DNA from: Paraspadella gotoi
Lineage: Eukaryota; Animalia; Chaetognatha
Assembly: GCA_051294375.1 (NCBI GenBank)
Contig: CM119264.1
Coordinates: forward strand, 2,695,769-2,759,768
Length of the DNA stretch: 64,000 bases
Direction: 5' to 3'
The notes under the pieces are model-generated. The model saw only the letters and a program-made list of their open reading frames with translations, searched no databases and was not told the origin of the DNA. The translations under genes were made by a program, and so were the position numbers. Below, in pieces: positions 1 to 12,604 of this stretch (position 1 is its first letter; each line of letters begins with the position of its first letter).

Positions 1-1615
1 CTTTGAGGATCCTCAATTCTCTTCATGCGAGTATTCTACTTGGACTGGAGCAGCTGTTCTCGCTGCGTTCGCCAGTAGTACTGATTCCGCTTAGCTGGTA
101 ACAGATATCCCTGCTGGTTCCTTCGCGCCTAGCTGTTCCCTGTCTGTTTGTCTGCGGTTCCACTCCTGTTTCTCTGCCGGTACCAGTGTTTCTCGCAGCA
201 CTGAGTCAATGGCGAATCCAAGAGGGCAAACAAAGAGGTAGGGAAGATTTATGCCACTGTCGATGATTTTCGTTTTCGTGTCTATTCTTTTCGTGAAATT
301 GCTCCCGTTATTCTCCTTGGCATACCTTTGGCACATACCTTTGGCACATACCTTTGGCACTTATCTTTTATCATTCTCATTGCCCTGTTTCCTTGACTTA
401 TACCCCCATCTTACTCCCCCCCCCCAGTTTGTCTGCCCCGCTTAACTTCCCCCCCACCTGAAATTTTTCTCGATGGAGAAACGAAATTCGAAACTGGAAT
501 CATAACGTGAAATATTTTCACGAGTCACGCGCAGTCGCGCTATTCTCACATCTCCCGCGATTAAATCGGGTGACACTTTTATCCAATCAATTTCTTAGCT
601 TCGCGCTAAAATCTTGACTTGACATGATCACGGTTCTCTATTATGCTTTGACTTAAATCGAACTAATAAACTAGACTGTGAGAAAGTCTTGATTGAAAGC
701 TTACAGGGTCATGCTATGCCATTATCTCGTAAGGCCTTATCCCAGCCATAGCCCGGCCAAAGTCAGGGGCAAGATGGCTTATTTCTTAAACGAATGAATA
801 ATTTTTATATCGGTTCTACGAATTTCATTAAGAAGCTTCGTCGTTTTCGACTCTTCCCTCCGATCGATCGGTAAAAAATACCCACCGTCGACTTTGACGA
901 CTCTGGGAAGCTCAAAGCGGCAGCCGCCGCCGCCGCCATCAGCAGCAGCAGCAGCATCGACCCCGACGACGCTTCTTTTATGACGCTCATATCCTCTTTA
1001 ACCCTTCGACCTCCGCAAAGCCGAGCGACCTCGTCTTTTTGGGTTTCGTTTCTTTAGTTTGTATGTTGGTTATTCTTCACTTCGTTCGTTGGTTCGTTCA
1101 ATAGTTTATTCATAAGTTCGTACTTTATTTTGTCACTTTGTTCGTTCGNNNNNNNNNNNNNNNNNNNNNNNNNTTCGTTCGTTCGTTCGTTCGTTGATCG
1201 TTTCGTGTAGTTATTCAAGTTCGTGTACTTTTTGTATTTTCGTTCGTTCGCTTCGTCGTCGTACTCGTTCGTTGTCGTTTTCGTTCTCTTGTATCTTCGT
1301 TCGTTCGGGATTATTCTTTCTTTTCTGTTCATGGTTCGTTCTCTCCAAACACATTTTTTCCACTTTCCTATCTGCGTCGACTGACGAGGAACATTTTTTT
1401 CGGGTCGAGTTTGGCCTTGGGGAATCCAGGGTTGGGGAGTAGAGAGAGAGGAGAGAGAGGAGAGAGAGAGAGAGGGTGAGAGAGAGAGAAGAGAGCAGAG
1501 AGAGAGAGGTAGAGCAGAGAGAGAGAGAGAGACAAGAATTTGTGTCGCTTCCATATTGTGATGTGACAACGACCTGCACTTTGTCTTTCGCTCTACTCTC
1601 TCCTCTCTCTTCTCT

Positions 1616-1658
<43 letters not shown>

Positions 1659-2400
1659 CTCTCTCTCTCTCTCTCTCTCTCTTTTACCTAACCTCACGTC
1701 GTTCCCACGGATTCCCGACCCATTTGATTCCCTTTCTCCTCCGGGTTCGCATTTGTCGCCCTCGACGCTTTGACCTCCTGACCGGGTCTTCTCAACCTTC
1801 CTTCGCTTGACTCACCTTTTCCTCACATAAGCACAGATCGGTCGCATCCAAAGAATCTCCCTTTTTTCATTTTTATTTCGCTTTTTTAATATTTAATTTC
1901 CCCACCGATGAGATTCATCGAATTATATATTGTTTATATATTATATTATATATTATATGTTTATTCATTAAAGATTGACAAGATTGCAGGGGCCTGCTTT
2001 GTCATTATCTTGTAAGAGTGATGGAGGCCTTAACCAACCAGTCAGCTTGACCAATCAGCTTGATGGAACTGTAAAATGATATTTCGACGACTTCTGTCTT
2101 CCTTTTCCCCTTTTGTTTTTTTTATCTCGCCAATTCCAAGATGGCGGCCTCTGCCACGCCCGCTTTCGCTAATCCCTTTTTTTCGTTCTTCCCTCGTCTG
2201 TCGCAAACGCCCGGGTCTCGTCGTGTATTTCATACGAATCACCTCATGATTTCCTCATGAATCACCTCATGAATCAGCTCATGAATCATCTAATGAATCA
2301 CCTCATGAATCATCTAATGAATGCATCTCATGAATCATCTAAAGAATCATCTAATGAATCATCTAATGAATCACTTCATGAATCACCTCATTAATCATTT
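1..2400. repeat. Left arm of a long inverted duplication (partner ~6770-9135)
   Basis: Reverse complement matches directly, e.g. 241-270 gggaagatttatgccactgtcgatgatttt vs ~8897-8926 aaaatcatcgacagtggcataaatcttccc. ORFs 805..990(-) and 8160..8351(+), and 2042..2242(-) and 7053..7256(+), give near-identical translations. Differences are mostly small indels. Confidence 0.92.
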
Positions 2401-2630
2401 AATATTCAGCCCATGATCACTTAATGAATCATCTAAGGAATCAGCTCATGATCACCTCATGAATCATCTATTGAATCATCTCAAGAATCAGCTCATGATC
2501 ATCTAATGAATCACTTCATGAATCACCTCATTAATCATTTAATTTTTCAGCCCATGAATCACTTATGAATCATCTAAGGAATCACTCATGAATAATCTAA
2601 TGAATCAGCTCATGAATCACCCATGAATCT
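2236..2630 (+). repeat. 12-bp minisatellite ATGAATCA(CCTC/TCTA/GCTC)
   Basis: Tandem atgaatcacctc/atgaatcatcta units read directly. Further copies at 6651-7060 (with strand flip) and 12605-12733. Confidence 0.95.
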
Positions 2631-3476
2631 TCCCTCTTTTTTACTTGATTTTTGAAATAAAGATTCGCGTACAAAGTATCGTTTGCATCGGAATTTCTCC
2701 TCACGTTTGAATATTATTATTTCTTTTCTTTTTCGGTGAATTTCTCTTCTTTTTGTTCCTATATAATATTCTCTTACCTCTCTTACTTCTCTAAATTTCT
2801 CATTCTCCTCCTATCTCTCTCTCTCTCCCATCTCTCTTCTCCCCAATCTGTCTCTCCCCATCTCTCTCTTCCATCTTCTCGCCCCATCTCTCTCTCCCAT
2901 ATCTCTCTCCCCATCTCTCTCTCCCCATCTCTCTCTCTCTCCCGATAACTGTCCGACCATTACTGTCCCATCATCACTGTTTCTCCACTTTTGCTCATTT
3001 TTCGAAGACTCACTTTTCGCCCACATTTTTTTCCCTCACACTTACCTCGGGATTTCCTTACCCCAACTTTTTTAATCTATCCATCACATCGGCGTGAACA
3101 TCTCTCACCTTCACTTTTATTCTTCTCTCATTTTCTGACAATTTTCACCATCAAACAAAATCCGTTGTGTCACCATCACAAGAGACTTGAGTTATTCCTT
3201 GCGTGAAAAAAAAATGTGATGTATCACTTGTGACCTCGAATTTCGCTTCACTTCACTTTCCCCTTCTCCGCGCACGTCGCATTAAATTTGGTTCTGGCAA
3301 TCATCTTTGCTCCGCCGACCCGCAGCCGCGCTGCCGACGCCGCTGTGCCGCCGCTGCCCCTCCTCCTCCCTCCTCCTCCTCCTCCTCCTCCTCCTCCGTT
3401 TTCAGCCGTCTCCACCAACACGACGCAATCAATGTCTTCGCAATTTCACCTTTTTCTTTCTTTCTTTCTTTCTTTT

Positions 3477-3532
<56 letters not shown>

Positions 3533-3864
3533 TCCTTCTTTCCTTCTTTCTTTCTGTTTTATTTTTTAGTCTCTATCCCTCAAACTCGCCATATTTTCTT
3601 TCTTTCTTTCTTTCTTCTTTCTTTCTTTCTTTTTTCTTTCTTTCTTTTTATTCTTTCTTTTTCTCTTTCTTTCTTTTTTTCTTTCTTTCTTATCTTTCTT
3701 TCTTTCCATTTTTATTTCTATCCTCGCTCTTGCCATTTTTTTCTCTTTCATTTCTCTCTCTCCCTTTGCTCGGTTTATTTCTTTTTGTCACGCCCGTTTG
3801 ATGGAATCTGCTTGTGACCAAATGGAGAGAGAGGAGAGAGAGAGGAGGGAGAGAGGGAGGAGAG

Positions 3865-3931
<67 letters not shown>

Positions 3932-4854
3932 CATTGCAATTCTCGACGAGGGTCAAACGCGGGTTTTTCTCTCTTGTATTTTCTCACTCAGAAAAATTAA
4001 TCGGTTTCTTTCTTTTGTTTTGTGGTCGAGCGACGGGCTGGCGAGTGGCCAGTGGCGTGAAAGGCGTTGAAATATTCAGCTCGGAGTGTTCACCGGTTAT
4101 GATAACGTGACGCGGGAGAAGATTCGCTCATTGGCCCGTAATGAGTGAATGTAATTATTCTATATTATGATAAATTAAAAACAAAAAAAATCATTGTGAT
4201 ATGAATTTTAAGCAAGGTAGCGTATAATTTAACAAACGATAATCCAAAAAAAATCTTAAAATAAAAGAAAGAAGAAAGAAACGTGAAAGACAAAGAATCA
4301 CAACTTCAAGGCCAAACTTCTTAACACAAGGTAATATGTACGGAACTGATATATAGGAGAAAACAGTTTTTGTTTTTACATAATGGAACTGATATAGAAA
4401 TTAGAAACCAGAAACCGGATGTCGAAAGAAATAAATATCTCAAACACGGATGTATATATCGAGAAACCCCGTATGTAAATAGGCGAAAGCGAATGTGATC
4501 GGCGCCATTAGTTCCGGGTAAGTTACTCTTCTCTAAGTGTGAACCGTCAAAGGGTGAGTTAAGTCGCGCGTTCGATTCACATTTTAATTCCTCGTTGATT
4601 GGGAAACCGAAAAAGATTTTGGACCTTCGCTAAGTTGACCTCTTGACGGCCCGACCTTTCCTTTCCCGAAGCCAACGTATTGATTGGTCGAGTTGATCTC
4701 ATTGCTTGATTCCTCTGCTTGATACTTCCCTTCGAATCCAAATGTGGCTTAAAGTTTGTGCTTGGGCTGTTGCCCTCCTTCCCTCTCGGCCGGTTCCAGC
4801 GCGTCGACCCGCCAGACTAAAGACCCTCTCGAAAGGTCGGGCCTTTTTTTCGGC

Positions 4855-4935
4855 CTGTCGCCTGTTGGCCTATTGCTTTGTTGGCCTGTTGGCCTGTTGG
4901 CCTATTGGTTTGTTGGCCTGTTGGCCTGTCGGCCG
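4855..4935 (+). repeat. 8-bp repeat (TGTTGGCC)n
   Basis: cctgttggcctattg...tgttggcctgttggcc read directly. Also at ~14825-14905 and ~26775-26850. Confidence 0.85.
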
Positions 4936-5899
4936 AAACTCGAACGTGCAGCGCGTCTTTTCCTTTTCCTCTTTTAACAGGTTAATCGCGTCTACTTCTA
5001 TCCATTTTTAGGTTAGGCTCTCGTGTGATTGATGAAAGAGATGAGATGTGAAAGATGTGAGATATCGTATGCGGTGCTGAGATAATATGCGATAATGTAA
5101 TTTTAATAACGAAGCGTTAGAAAACAGCAACCAATGGTATTATTTATTTTTACGTATAAACCGCTTACGTAATTCCTCCTTTGCTATTTTTCCCCATTTT
5201 TATTCTTTAGAAACGAAAAAAAAAAAGTTTAAAATCCTTTTTGCCAATTAATGGTAAACTAAGTCCGTCGGTTTCGTCTTGAAAGTCTTTTAAATATATT
5301 AAGCTATTGATTCATTTAATTTAAAATTTCGATTTATTGAGGGCCCAACATTTATCATTTTTTCTCGATTAGATCTTATCTTTTTGTCGGTCCGTCCGTC
5401 TATCAGTCGTTTTGTTTCAGCCAATGCGTTAAACGACAATTACGAGAAGAGCTTTTGATGACGATAACAATTACAGACGTGAGACAAAACGCACAGAGGA
5501 AACTGTGATTTGTGATTGTGAGATAGAAGGTGAAAGATGGAAGGAAAAGAGAAGTGATAAGAAAATAAGAAAGAGAATGGGAGGGAAGAAAAGAAAAGAA
5601 AAGAAAAGAAAGAAAAGAAAAGAAAAGAAAGTAAAAGAAAAGAAAAGAAAAGAAAAGAAAAGAAAATAGAAAATCTACTAGAGAGAAAAAAAATTGTTCT
5701 AGTCAGCGATTTTAGACAGATTAGGTTCGGGTTAGGTCTGGGATCGGGTCACGGTCGGGTCAGTTCATGGGTCAGTTCATGGGTCCAGGTCATGGATCCG
5801 GTCAGGGTCGGGTCACGGTTAAGGTCATCGACCTTTCCACCCAAATCCTCCTTCGCGCCTTCTCGCTTTTTTTTCAATCTTCCGCGAAGTTAGAACTGG

Positions 5900-6125
5900 A
5901 TAAATGAGAAATGGTAATTAAGGGAAGTGTAAAAGAAAAGTGAAAAGTGGCAGATGGTAAATGAGAAATGGTATTAAGGAAGTGTAAATAAAAGTGAAAA
6001 GTGGCGGATGGTAAATGATAAATGGTATTAAGGGAAGTGGTAAAAGAAAAGTGAAAAGTGGCAAATGGTAAAAATGAGAAATGGTATGAGGGGGGCAAAT
6101 TGGAAAAATAAAAGTGAGAAATGGC
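5900..6125 (+). repeat. 57-bp minisatellite, ~4 copies (AAATGAGAAATGGTATTAAGGGAAGTGGTAAAAGAAAAGTGAAAAGTGGCAGATGGT)
   Basis: Period measured in the cleaner copy (15879 to 15936). Also present at ~27845-28065. Confidence 0.88.
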
Positions 6126-6511
6126 ATGTAAGAAGCTGAATTAGGCAAAAGGCCAGAAGCACAAAGCATTGCTTATGTTTGATCGTCCTTTATTAAGAGT
6201 CATGATGAAATTGAGGTTCAAGACAAAGATGGCGACAAAAAAAGACAAAGATAGAAAACAGACAAGATAATGCAAATTATAACATGCACAATTTCGAGTT
6301 GGAGAAAAGTAGAGAACTAAAGTAGTAAATACTAAAGTAAATACTAAAGTAAATACAAAAGTAAATACTAAAGTAGTAAATACTACGTACTACATAAACT
6401 TAGGTTTAGGTCAACGATCAGATTCAATATATAACCTAAAATTTTCGTCGATGTAACCGGTTTTTAACGTACTGAGCGGCGGCAATTATCGAGCAGTTCC
6501 CCACCTGAGCC

Positions 6512-6512
6512 T

Positions 6513-6579
<67 letters not shown>

Positions 6580-6580
6580 T
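6512..6580 (+). repeat. (GCC)n trinucleotide tract
   Basis: Direct reading. Shorter versions at ~16490-16530 and ~28478-28517. Confidence 0.95.
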
Positions 6581-6769
6581 GCTGCTCACCCAACACCCGC
6601 ATTCTGCGACTTCTCTTTCCCCGAGTTCGTTCGCACGAAGATGATCTACAATGAATCACTTCATGAATCACCTCATTAATCATTTAATTATTCAGCCCAT
6701 GAATCACTTAATGAATCATCTAAGGAATCAGCTCATGAATCACCTCATGAATCATCTATTGAATAGATG

Positions 6770-7597
6770 ATCATGAGCTGATTCTTGAGGTGATTCAATA
6801 GACTGATTCTTTAGTATGATCATGAGCTGATTCCTTAGATGATTCATTAAGTGATTCATGGTGCGATGAATGATTCATGAATGATTAATGAGAGTGATTC
6901 ATGAGAGATGATTCATTAGATGATTCATTAGATGATTCTTTAGATGATTCATGGAGATGCATTCATTAGATGATTCATGAGGTGATTCATTAGATGATTC
7001 ATGAGCTGATACTTGAGGTGATTCATGAGGTGATTCATGAGGAAATCATGAGGTGATTCAGTATGAAATACACGACGAGACCCGGAGCGTTTGCGACAGA
7101 CGAGGGAAGAAACGAAAAAAAGGGATTAGCGAAAGCGGGCGTGGCAGAGGCGCCATCTTGGAATTTGGCGAGAAAAAAAAAACAAAAGTGGAAAAGGAAG
7201 ACAGAAGTCGTCGAAATATCATTTTACAGTTCCATCAAGCTGATTGGTCAAGCTGACTGGTTGGTTTAAGGCCTCCATCACTCTTACAAGATAATGACAA
7301 AGCAGGCCCCTGCAATCTTTCAATCTTTAATTTAAATAACATATAATATATAATATAATAATATAAACAATATATAATTCGATGAATCATCATCGGTGGG
7401 GGAAATTAAATATTAAAAAAAAGCGAAATGAAAATTGAAAAAAGGGAGATTTTTTTGGATGCGACGATCTGGCTTAGGTGAGGAAAAGGTGCAGTTCAGG
7501 GCGAAGAGTTAAGACCCGGTCAGAGGTCAAAGGTCAGGGCGACAAATGGAACCGGAGAGAAAGGGACAAATGGTCCGGGAATCCGTGACGACGTGCA

Positions 7598-7628
<31 letters not shown>

Positions 7629-7758
7629 CGAGAGAGAGATGAGAGAGAGAAGAGAGAGAGACGAGAGAGAGAGAGAGATGAGAGAGAGAGAAGAGAGAGG
7701 AGAGAGAGAGCGAAAGACAAAGTGACATCGTTGTCACCATCAACATATAAGCGACAAA

Positions 7759-7840
<82 letters not shown>

Positions 7841-9135
7841 AACCCCCAACCCCTGGATTCCCCAAGGCCAAACGTCGACCGAAAAAAATGTTCTCAGTCA
7901 TCGACGCGATGAGGAAAAAATGTGTTAGAGAGACACGAACCAAGTGAGACGAACGAACGAACGAACGAACGAACGAAACGAACGAACGAACGAACGAACG
8001 AACGAAACAACGAACGAACGAACGAACGAACGAACAACAAAGTGACATAATAAAGTACGAACTTATGAATAAAACTATTGAGTCGAACCAACGAACGAAG
8101 TGAAGTAATAACAACATACAAAACTAAAAGAGAAACCCAAAAAAGACGAGTCGCTCGCTTTGCGGATGGTTCGAAGGGTTAAAGAGGATATGAGCGTCAT
8201 AAAAGAAGCCGTCGTCGGGTCGATGCTGCTGCTGCTGCTGATGGCGGCGGCGGCGGCTGCCGCTTTGAGGCTTCCAGAGTCGTCAAAAGTCGACGGTGGA
8301 AATTTTTACCGATCGATCGGAGGAAGAGTCGAAAAAGACCGAGCTTCTTAATGAAATTCGTAGAACCGATATAAAAATTATTCATTCGTTTAAGAATAAG
8401 CCATCTTGCCCCTGACTTTGCCGGGCTATGCTGGGATAAGGCCTTACGAGATAATGGCATAGCATGACCCTGTAAGCTTTCAATCAAGACTTTCTCACAG
8501 TCTAGTTATTAGTTCGATTTAAGTCAAAGCATATAGAGAACCGTGATCATGTCAAGTCAAGATTTTACGCGAAGCTAAGAAATTGATTGATAAAGTTGTC
8601 ACCGATTTAATCGCGGAGATGTGAGAATTAGCGCGACTGCGCGTGACTCTGAATATTCACGTTATGATTCCAGTTTCGAATTTCGTATTCTCCATCGAGA
8701 AAAATTTCAGGTGGGGGGGAAGTTTAAGCGGGGCAGACAAACTGGGGGGGGGGAGTAAGATGGGGGTATAAGTCAAGGAAACAGGGCAATGAGAATGATA
8801 AAAGATAAGATGCCAAAAAGGTATGTGCAAAGGTATGTGCAAAGGTATGCAAGGAGAATAACGGAGCATTTCACGAAAGAATAGACACGAAACGAAAAAA
8901 TCATCGACAGTGGCATAAATCTTCCCTACCTCTTTGTTGCCCTCTTGATTCGCCATTGATCAGTGCTGCGAGAAACACTGGTGCCGGCAGAGAAACAGGT
9001 GGAAGCGCAGACAAACAGACAGGGAACAGCTAGGGCTGGAAGGGCACCAGCAGGGTACAGCAAGGGATCAGTAGGGTACGGGCAGAGACAGCGCCGTCCA
9101 AGGAAACTCGGAGAAGAAATTGGATCCCAGGAATC
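6770..9135. repeat. Right arm of the long inverted duplication (partner 1-2400)
   Basis: Reverse complement of 1-2400. It also shows the (CGAA)n tract across the position of the 25-N gap at 1149-1173. Confidence 0.92.
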
Positions 9136-9591
9136 TCGACCTAAACTTTTTCGTCGTTTACATCAACTCGGGGAGGGGGCGGAGGGGACGGAAGGGGGGG
9201 GCGAGTTTCGTCCGGTTGCTCGACTCTCGTGACCTGAGGAGGTCAAGATGAAATTGCGGATGTGAATGAGATGAAGAGTGAATGAGAAGGCAGAGTGAGT
9301 AGATGGGAGAGTGATTAAAACAGCACAGTGAATTAAATGGAAGGGTAAATGATACGACATTGATTAAAATGGCGCAGTAAATGAAATGTCAAAAGAATTA
9401 TCTCTTCTTTTTTTTTTTTCTATCTCCTTTTATTCCTTATCTTTTCTTTCCTTTTCCTATCTCCCTTTATTTCCTTATCCCTTCTTTCCCTTTCCTTTCT
9501 TTTCCTTATTCTTTTCTCTATTTTCTTTTTGCTTTTCCTTTTCACCCAAATTCTCAATTTTCTCCGGCCAAAATTTCCTCCTTTGTCGAAC

Positions 9592-9670
<79 letters not shown>

Positions 9671-11338
9671 CCTCCATCTCTCTCTCGCTTGTCTACTCGA
9701 ATGAAGGGAGAGGAAATTGAGTCTCCCCAATTCTGTTCCTGACGTCGAAGATTCCATTTGGCCACTTGACCAGCTGCCATTTTGCCATTTTATCATGCTC
9801 CATTTGCCATTTTATCCATGAATCCCATTTCAGCTGCCATTTTTTCCATTTTATCTATTCCGCCATTCTCAGTTGCCATTTTGGCGATTACATGTATTGC
9901 CGCAGCCACTGGTTTAAATATTAATCACATTTGTCATTTTGCAATAATACCAAGTATCATCACAGGTTTATATTTTTCTATCATCTTTGCCAGTTGTCAA
10001 TTTAAAAACTACACAACATTAGCGCTAACGTCTTGTCTACCTTGTCAGTAGTCAGTCCCTCGAATGACCATTTCACTTCCCCCCCCAATTTCTACCTCAG
10101 TGAACATTCAACGTTGTCGCTGTCACCCGATCGCCGCTTTTCACTCAATCACAGGCTCACCGATTTTTACTTAAACGGACGACTGATTCTTCTTCGGTCG
10201 AGCGATTCACTTGTCATTTATTGTCATTTCTTGTCATACATTTAGTTCGATCTATGATCCCAAAGTATTAGTAGTAGTATTAGTAGTAGTAGAAGAAGTA
10301 TTAGTAGTAATAGTAGTAATTGTATAGTAGTAAATAGTAGAGTAGTAATAATAATTACTCGAGTCCTTAACTGACGAGATTCAGGCCGGTAATTTTTTTT
10401 TTTGAGAGAAAATCCGTCGTGCGAAAAAAAAGTTAAAACTTTTTCCAAAATTTCTGCTTATAAACCTAAACTCGAAAAATGAAGCAAATATTTAAAGATT
10501 ATAGCAAGAGCTGGCTGCCTGGGATGCCCATTGGGATGGGCCATCTCACTGTTGGCTTTGGGGGCTTCGACCCTCAGTGACCTATCCAGCGGTTACCCTG
10601 GGGCGTGTCGCTTGTCAACGCAGAGGGAAGTCATTAGGACAGTGGGACACAACGGCTGGGTGGTGCGTTCCCTCTCTGAGCCAATGGGATTGGCAGAACA
10701 ATGACGGATGTGAAGCGGTTGGAATATATCGCCACAAGATCACTCAAATCGTTCGGTGAAGATTAACTAAATAAATCCACTACGGTTCGTCTCACCCGAG
10801 GGGTTCTCACTCCACTCCAGTCCGTCACACTCAATAATTCACGTTCTCGTCCACTCATTTCATCTTTCTCACTGCCACTCGGTGCACTCTTGTCCGTCAT
10901 GAACTTATTTTTTAACGCCACTCCTGTTAGTCGAATCCCCCTGTATTTCACACTCCACTCCTGTTCGTCGTCACACTCTTTCCTCGGTTGTTCGTCATCG
11001 ACTTTCGATGTTCCTTTGAGTGGGTTATGCATACCGAAGTTGAAGCGAAATGGAACAACGACGACAACGACGACAACAACGACAAAAGATGTGAAGATAA
11101 AGGAATTCGTTTCAATCGGTTTTGGTGAGTGGTGAGTGGTGAGTGGTGAGGTGATTTGGCTAAGATTTATGATTTATTTTATTGTGTTAATGACAACAAT
11201 AAAAAAAATAAGGGAAAAAGTTTACCAAAAATTGATAAATCACTTTTTAGGGATCATTTTTTACGGTTGTCGATCGAGAAAAACAGTGACGAAAAAAGTG
11301 ATGTTGCTCTCTCTCCCTCTCTCTCTCTCTCTTCTCTA

Positions 11339-11388
<50 letters not shown>

Positions 11389-11799
11389 CTCCTCTCTCTC
11401 TCTTTCTTCTATCTCTTCTTTTCTTTATTATTTTTCCTTGAAATTTCAGTTTTCTTCTTTTATCTTCTCCATTTTATTTCATTCCCTACTTTACTTAAGT
11501 TTTTTTTCAGATTACCTCTTTCACCTTCCTTCCTTTCCTCCCTTCCTTTTCTCCCTTCCTTTCCTCCCTATCTTCCCTTCCTTTTCTCCCTTTCCTTCCT
11601 CCCTATCTCCCTTCCATTCCTCCCTTTCTCACACTTTCTTCCTTTCCTCCCTATCTTCCTCCTTTTCCTCCCTTTTCCTCCACGGATTGTTCCTCCGCTT
11701 CCTTACGGCCTCCTTCGGCCCACTAACGTCGTCCTGATCGAGAATCTCATTCGCGAACCTTTCATCCGGGGTCAAAGACTCTGGAGGGATGAGCGCCTA

Positions 11800-11885
11800 A
11801 GACTGTTTGGGATGAGACCTAGACTATTTGGGATTGAGACCTAGGACAGTTGGTGAGAAAACTACACTGTTTGGGATTACCCAGA
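11800..11885 (+). repeat. ~21-bp degenerate minisatellite (GAGACCTAGACTGTTTGGGAT), ~4 copies
   Basis: gactgtttgggatgagacctagactatttgggattgagacctaggacagttgg read directly. Confidence 0.65.
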
Positions 11886-12174
11886 CTGATTACTGCTTTA
11901 GGTTTAATATGATTTCAGAGCTTTCTCTAAGTTTCTTCTATCCCTGCGCTACATTCTGAACTCGAACGAAATGCTCCACTAAGTTATAATACATATTACA
12001 TAATTTCCTAACTTATTAATTCATTTTAAACTAATTGATATTTTCTTAACTATTGATATATTTTTACACGACACCGCGCTGCTCAAGCATTATCCCACTA
12101 TCTCTCTCGCACTTAGCTTTTTTCACTCTCTGTACTTTTTCTTATTCTTAACTTCGATATCTTTCGTGAGCATC

Positions 12175-12579
12175 ATTTTTTCCCCCAACCTCTTCTCCTC
12201 TCTTCCCCAATCTGCTTTCTGTCTTCCCCAATCTCATTCCTCTCTTCCCCGAATCTCTCTATCCTCTCATATACACCAAATCTTCTTTCCCTTTTTCCCA
12301 ATTTTCTTTTCCTTCTTCCCCAAGTCTTCTTTCCTTCTCTTCCCCAATCTTCTTTCCTTCTTTTCCCCAATCTTCTCCTTTCTTCCCCAATCTTCTTTCT
12401 CTCTTTCCCCAATCTTCTTTCCTCTTTTCTCCCAATATCTTCCTTTCCTTCTTTCCCAATCTTCTTTCCTCTCTTCCCCAATCTTCTTTCCTCTTTTCCC
12501 CAATTTCTTTTCCTATTTTCCCCCCAATCTATCTTTCCTCTCTCCCAAATCTTTCTTTTCCTTCTCCCCATTCTCTCTT
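12175..12579 (+). repeat. ~21-22-bp pyrimidine-rich minisatellite (TTCCCCAATCTTCTTTCCTCTC)
   Basis: Recurrent ccccaatcttctttcc core. Ends at a 25-N gap. Confidence 0.85.
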
Positions 12580-12604
12580 NNNNNNNNNNNNNNNNNNNNN
12601 NNNN

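Larger units (their letters stand above)
2505..6650 (+). repeat. Copy 1 of a ~4-kb segment also present at 12605-16600 and, from ~3925 onward, at 25797-28580
   Basis: Collinear matches such as gtcattgcaattctcgacgagggtcaaacgcgg (~3930, ~13937, ~25866) and gaagatgatctac (~6637, ~16589, ~28569). Confidence 0.95.

Noticed and set aside
805-1045. Possible small exon (signal-peptide-like MLLLLLMAAAA on -, or DFDDSGKLKAAAAAAISSSSS on +)
   Set aside because: Driven by (GCC)/(AGC) repeats. No convincing splice sites, and frames differ between the two copies.
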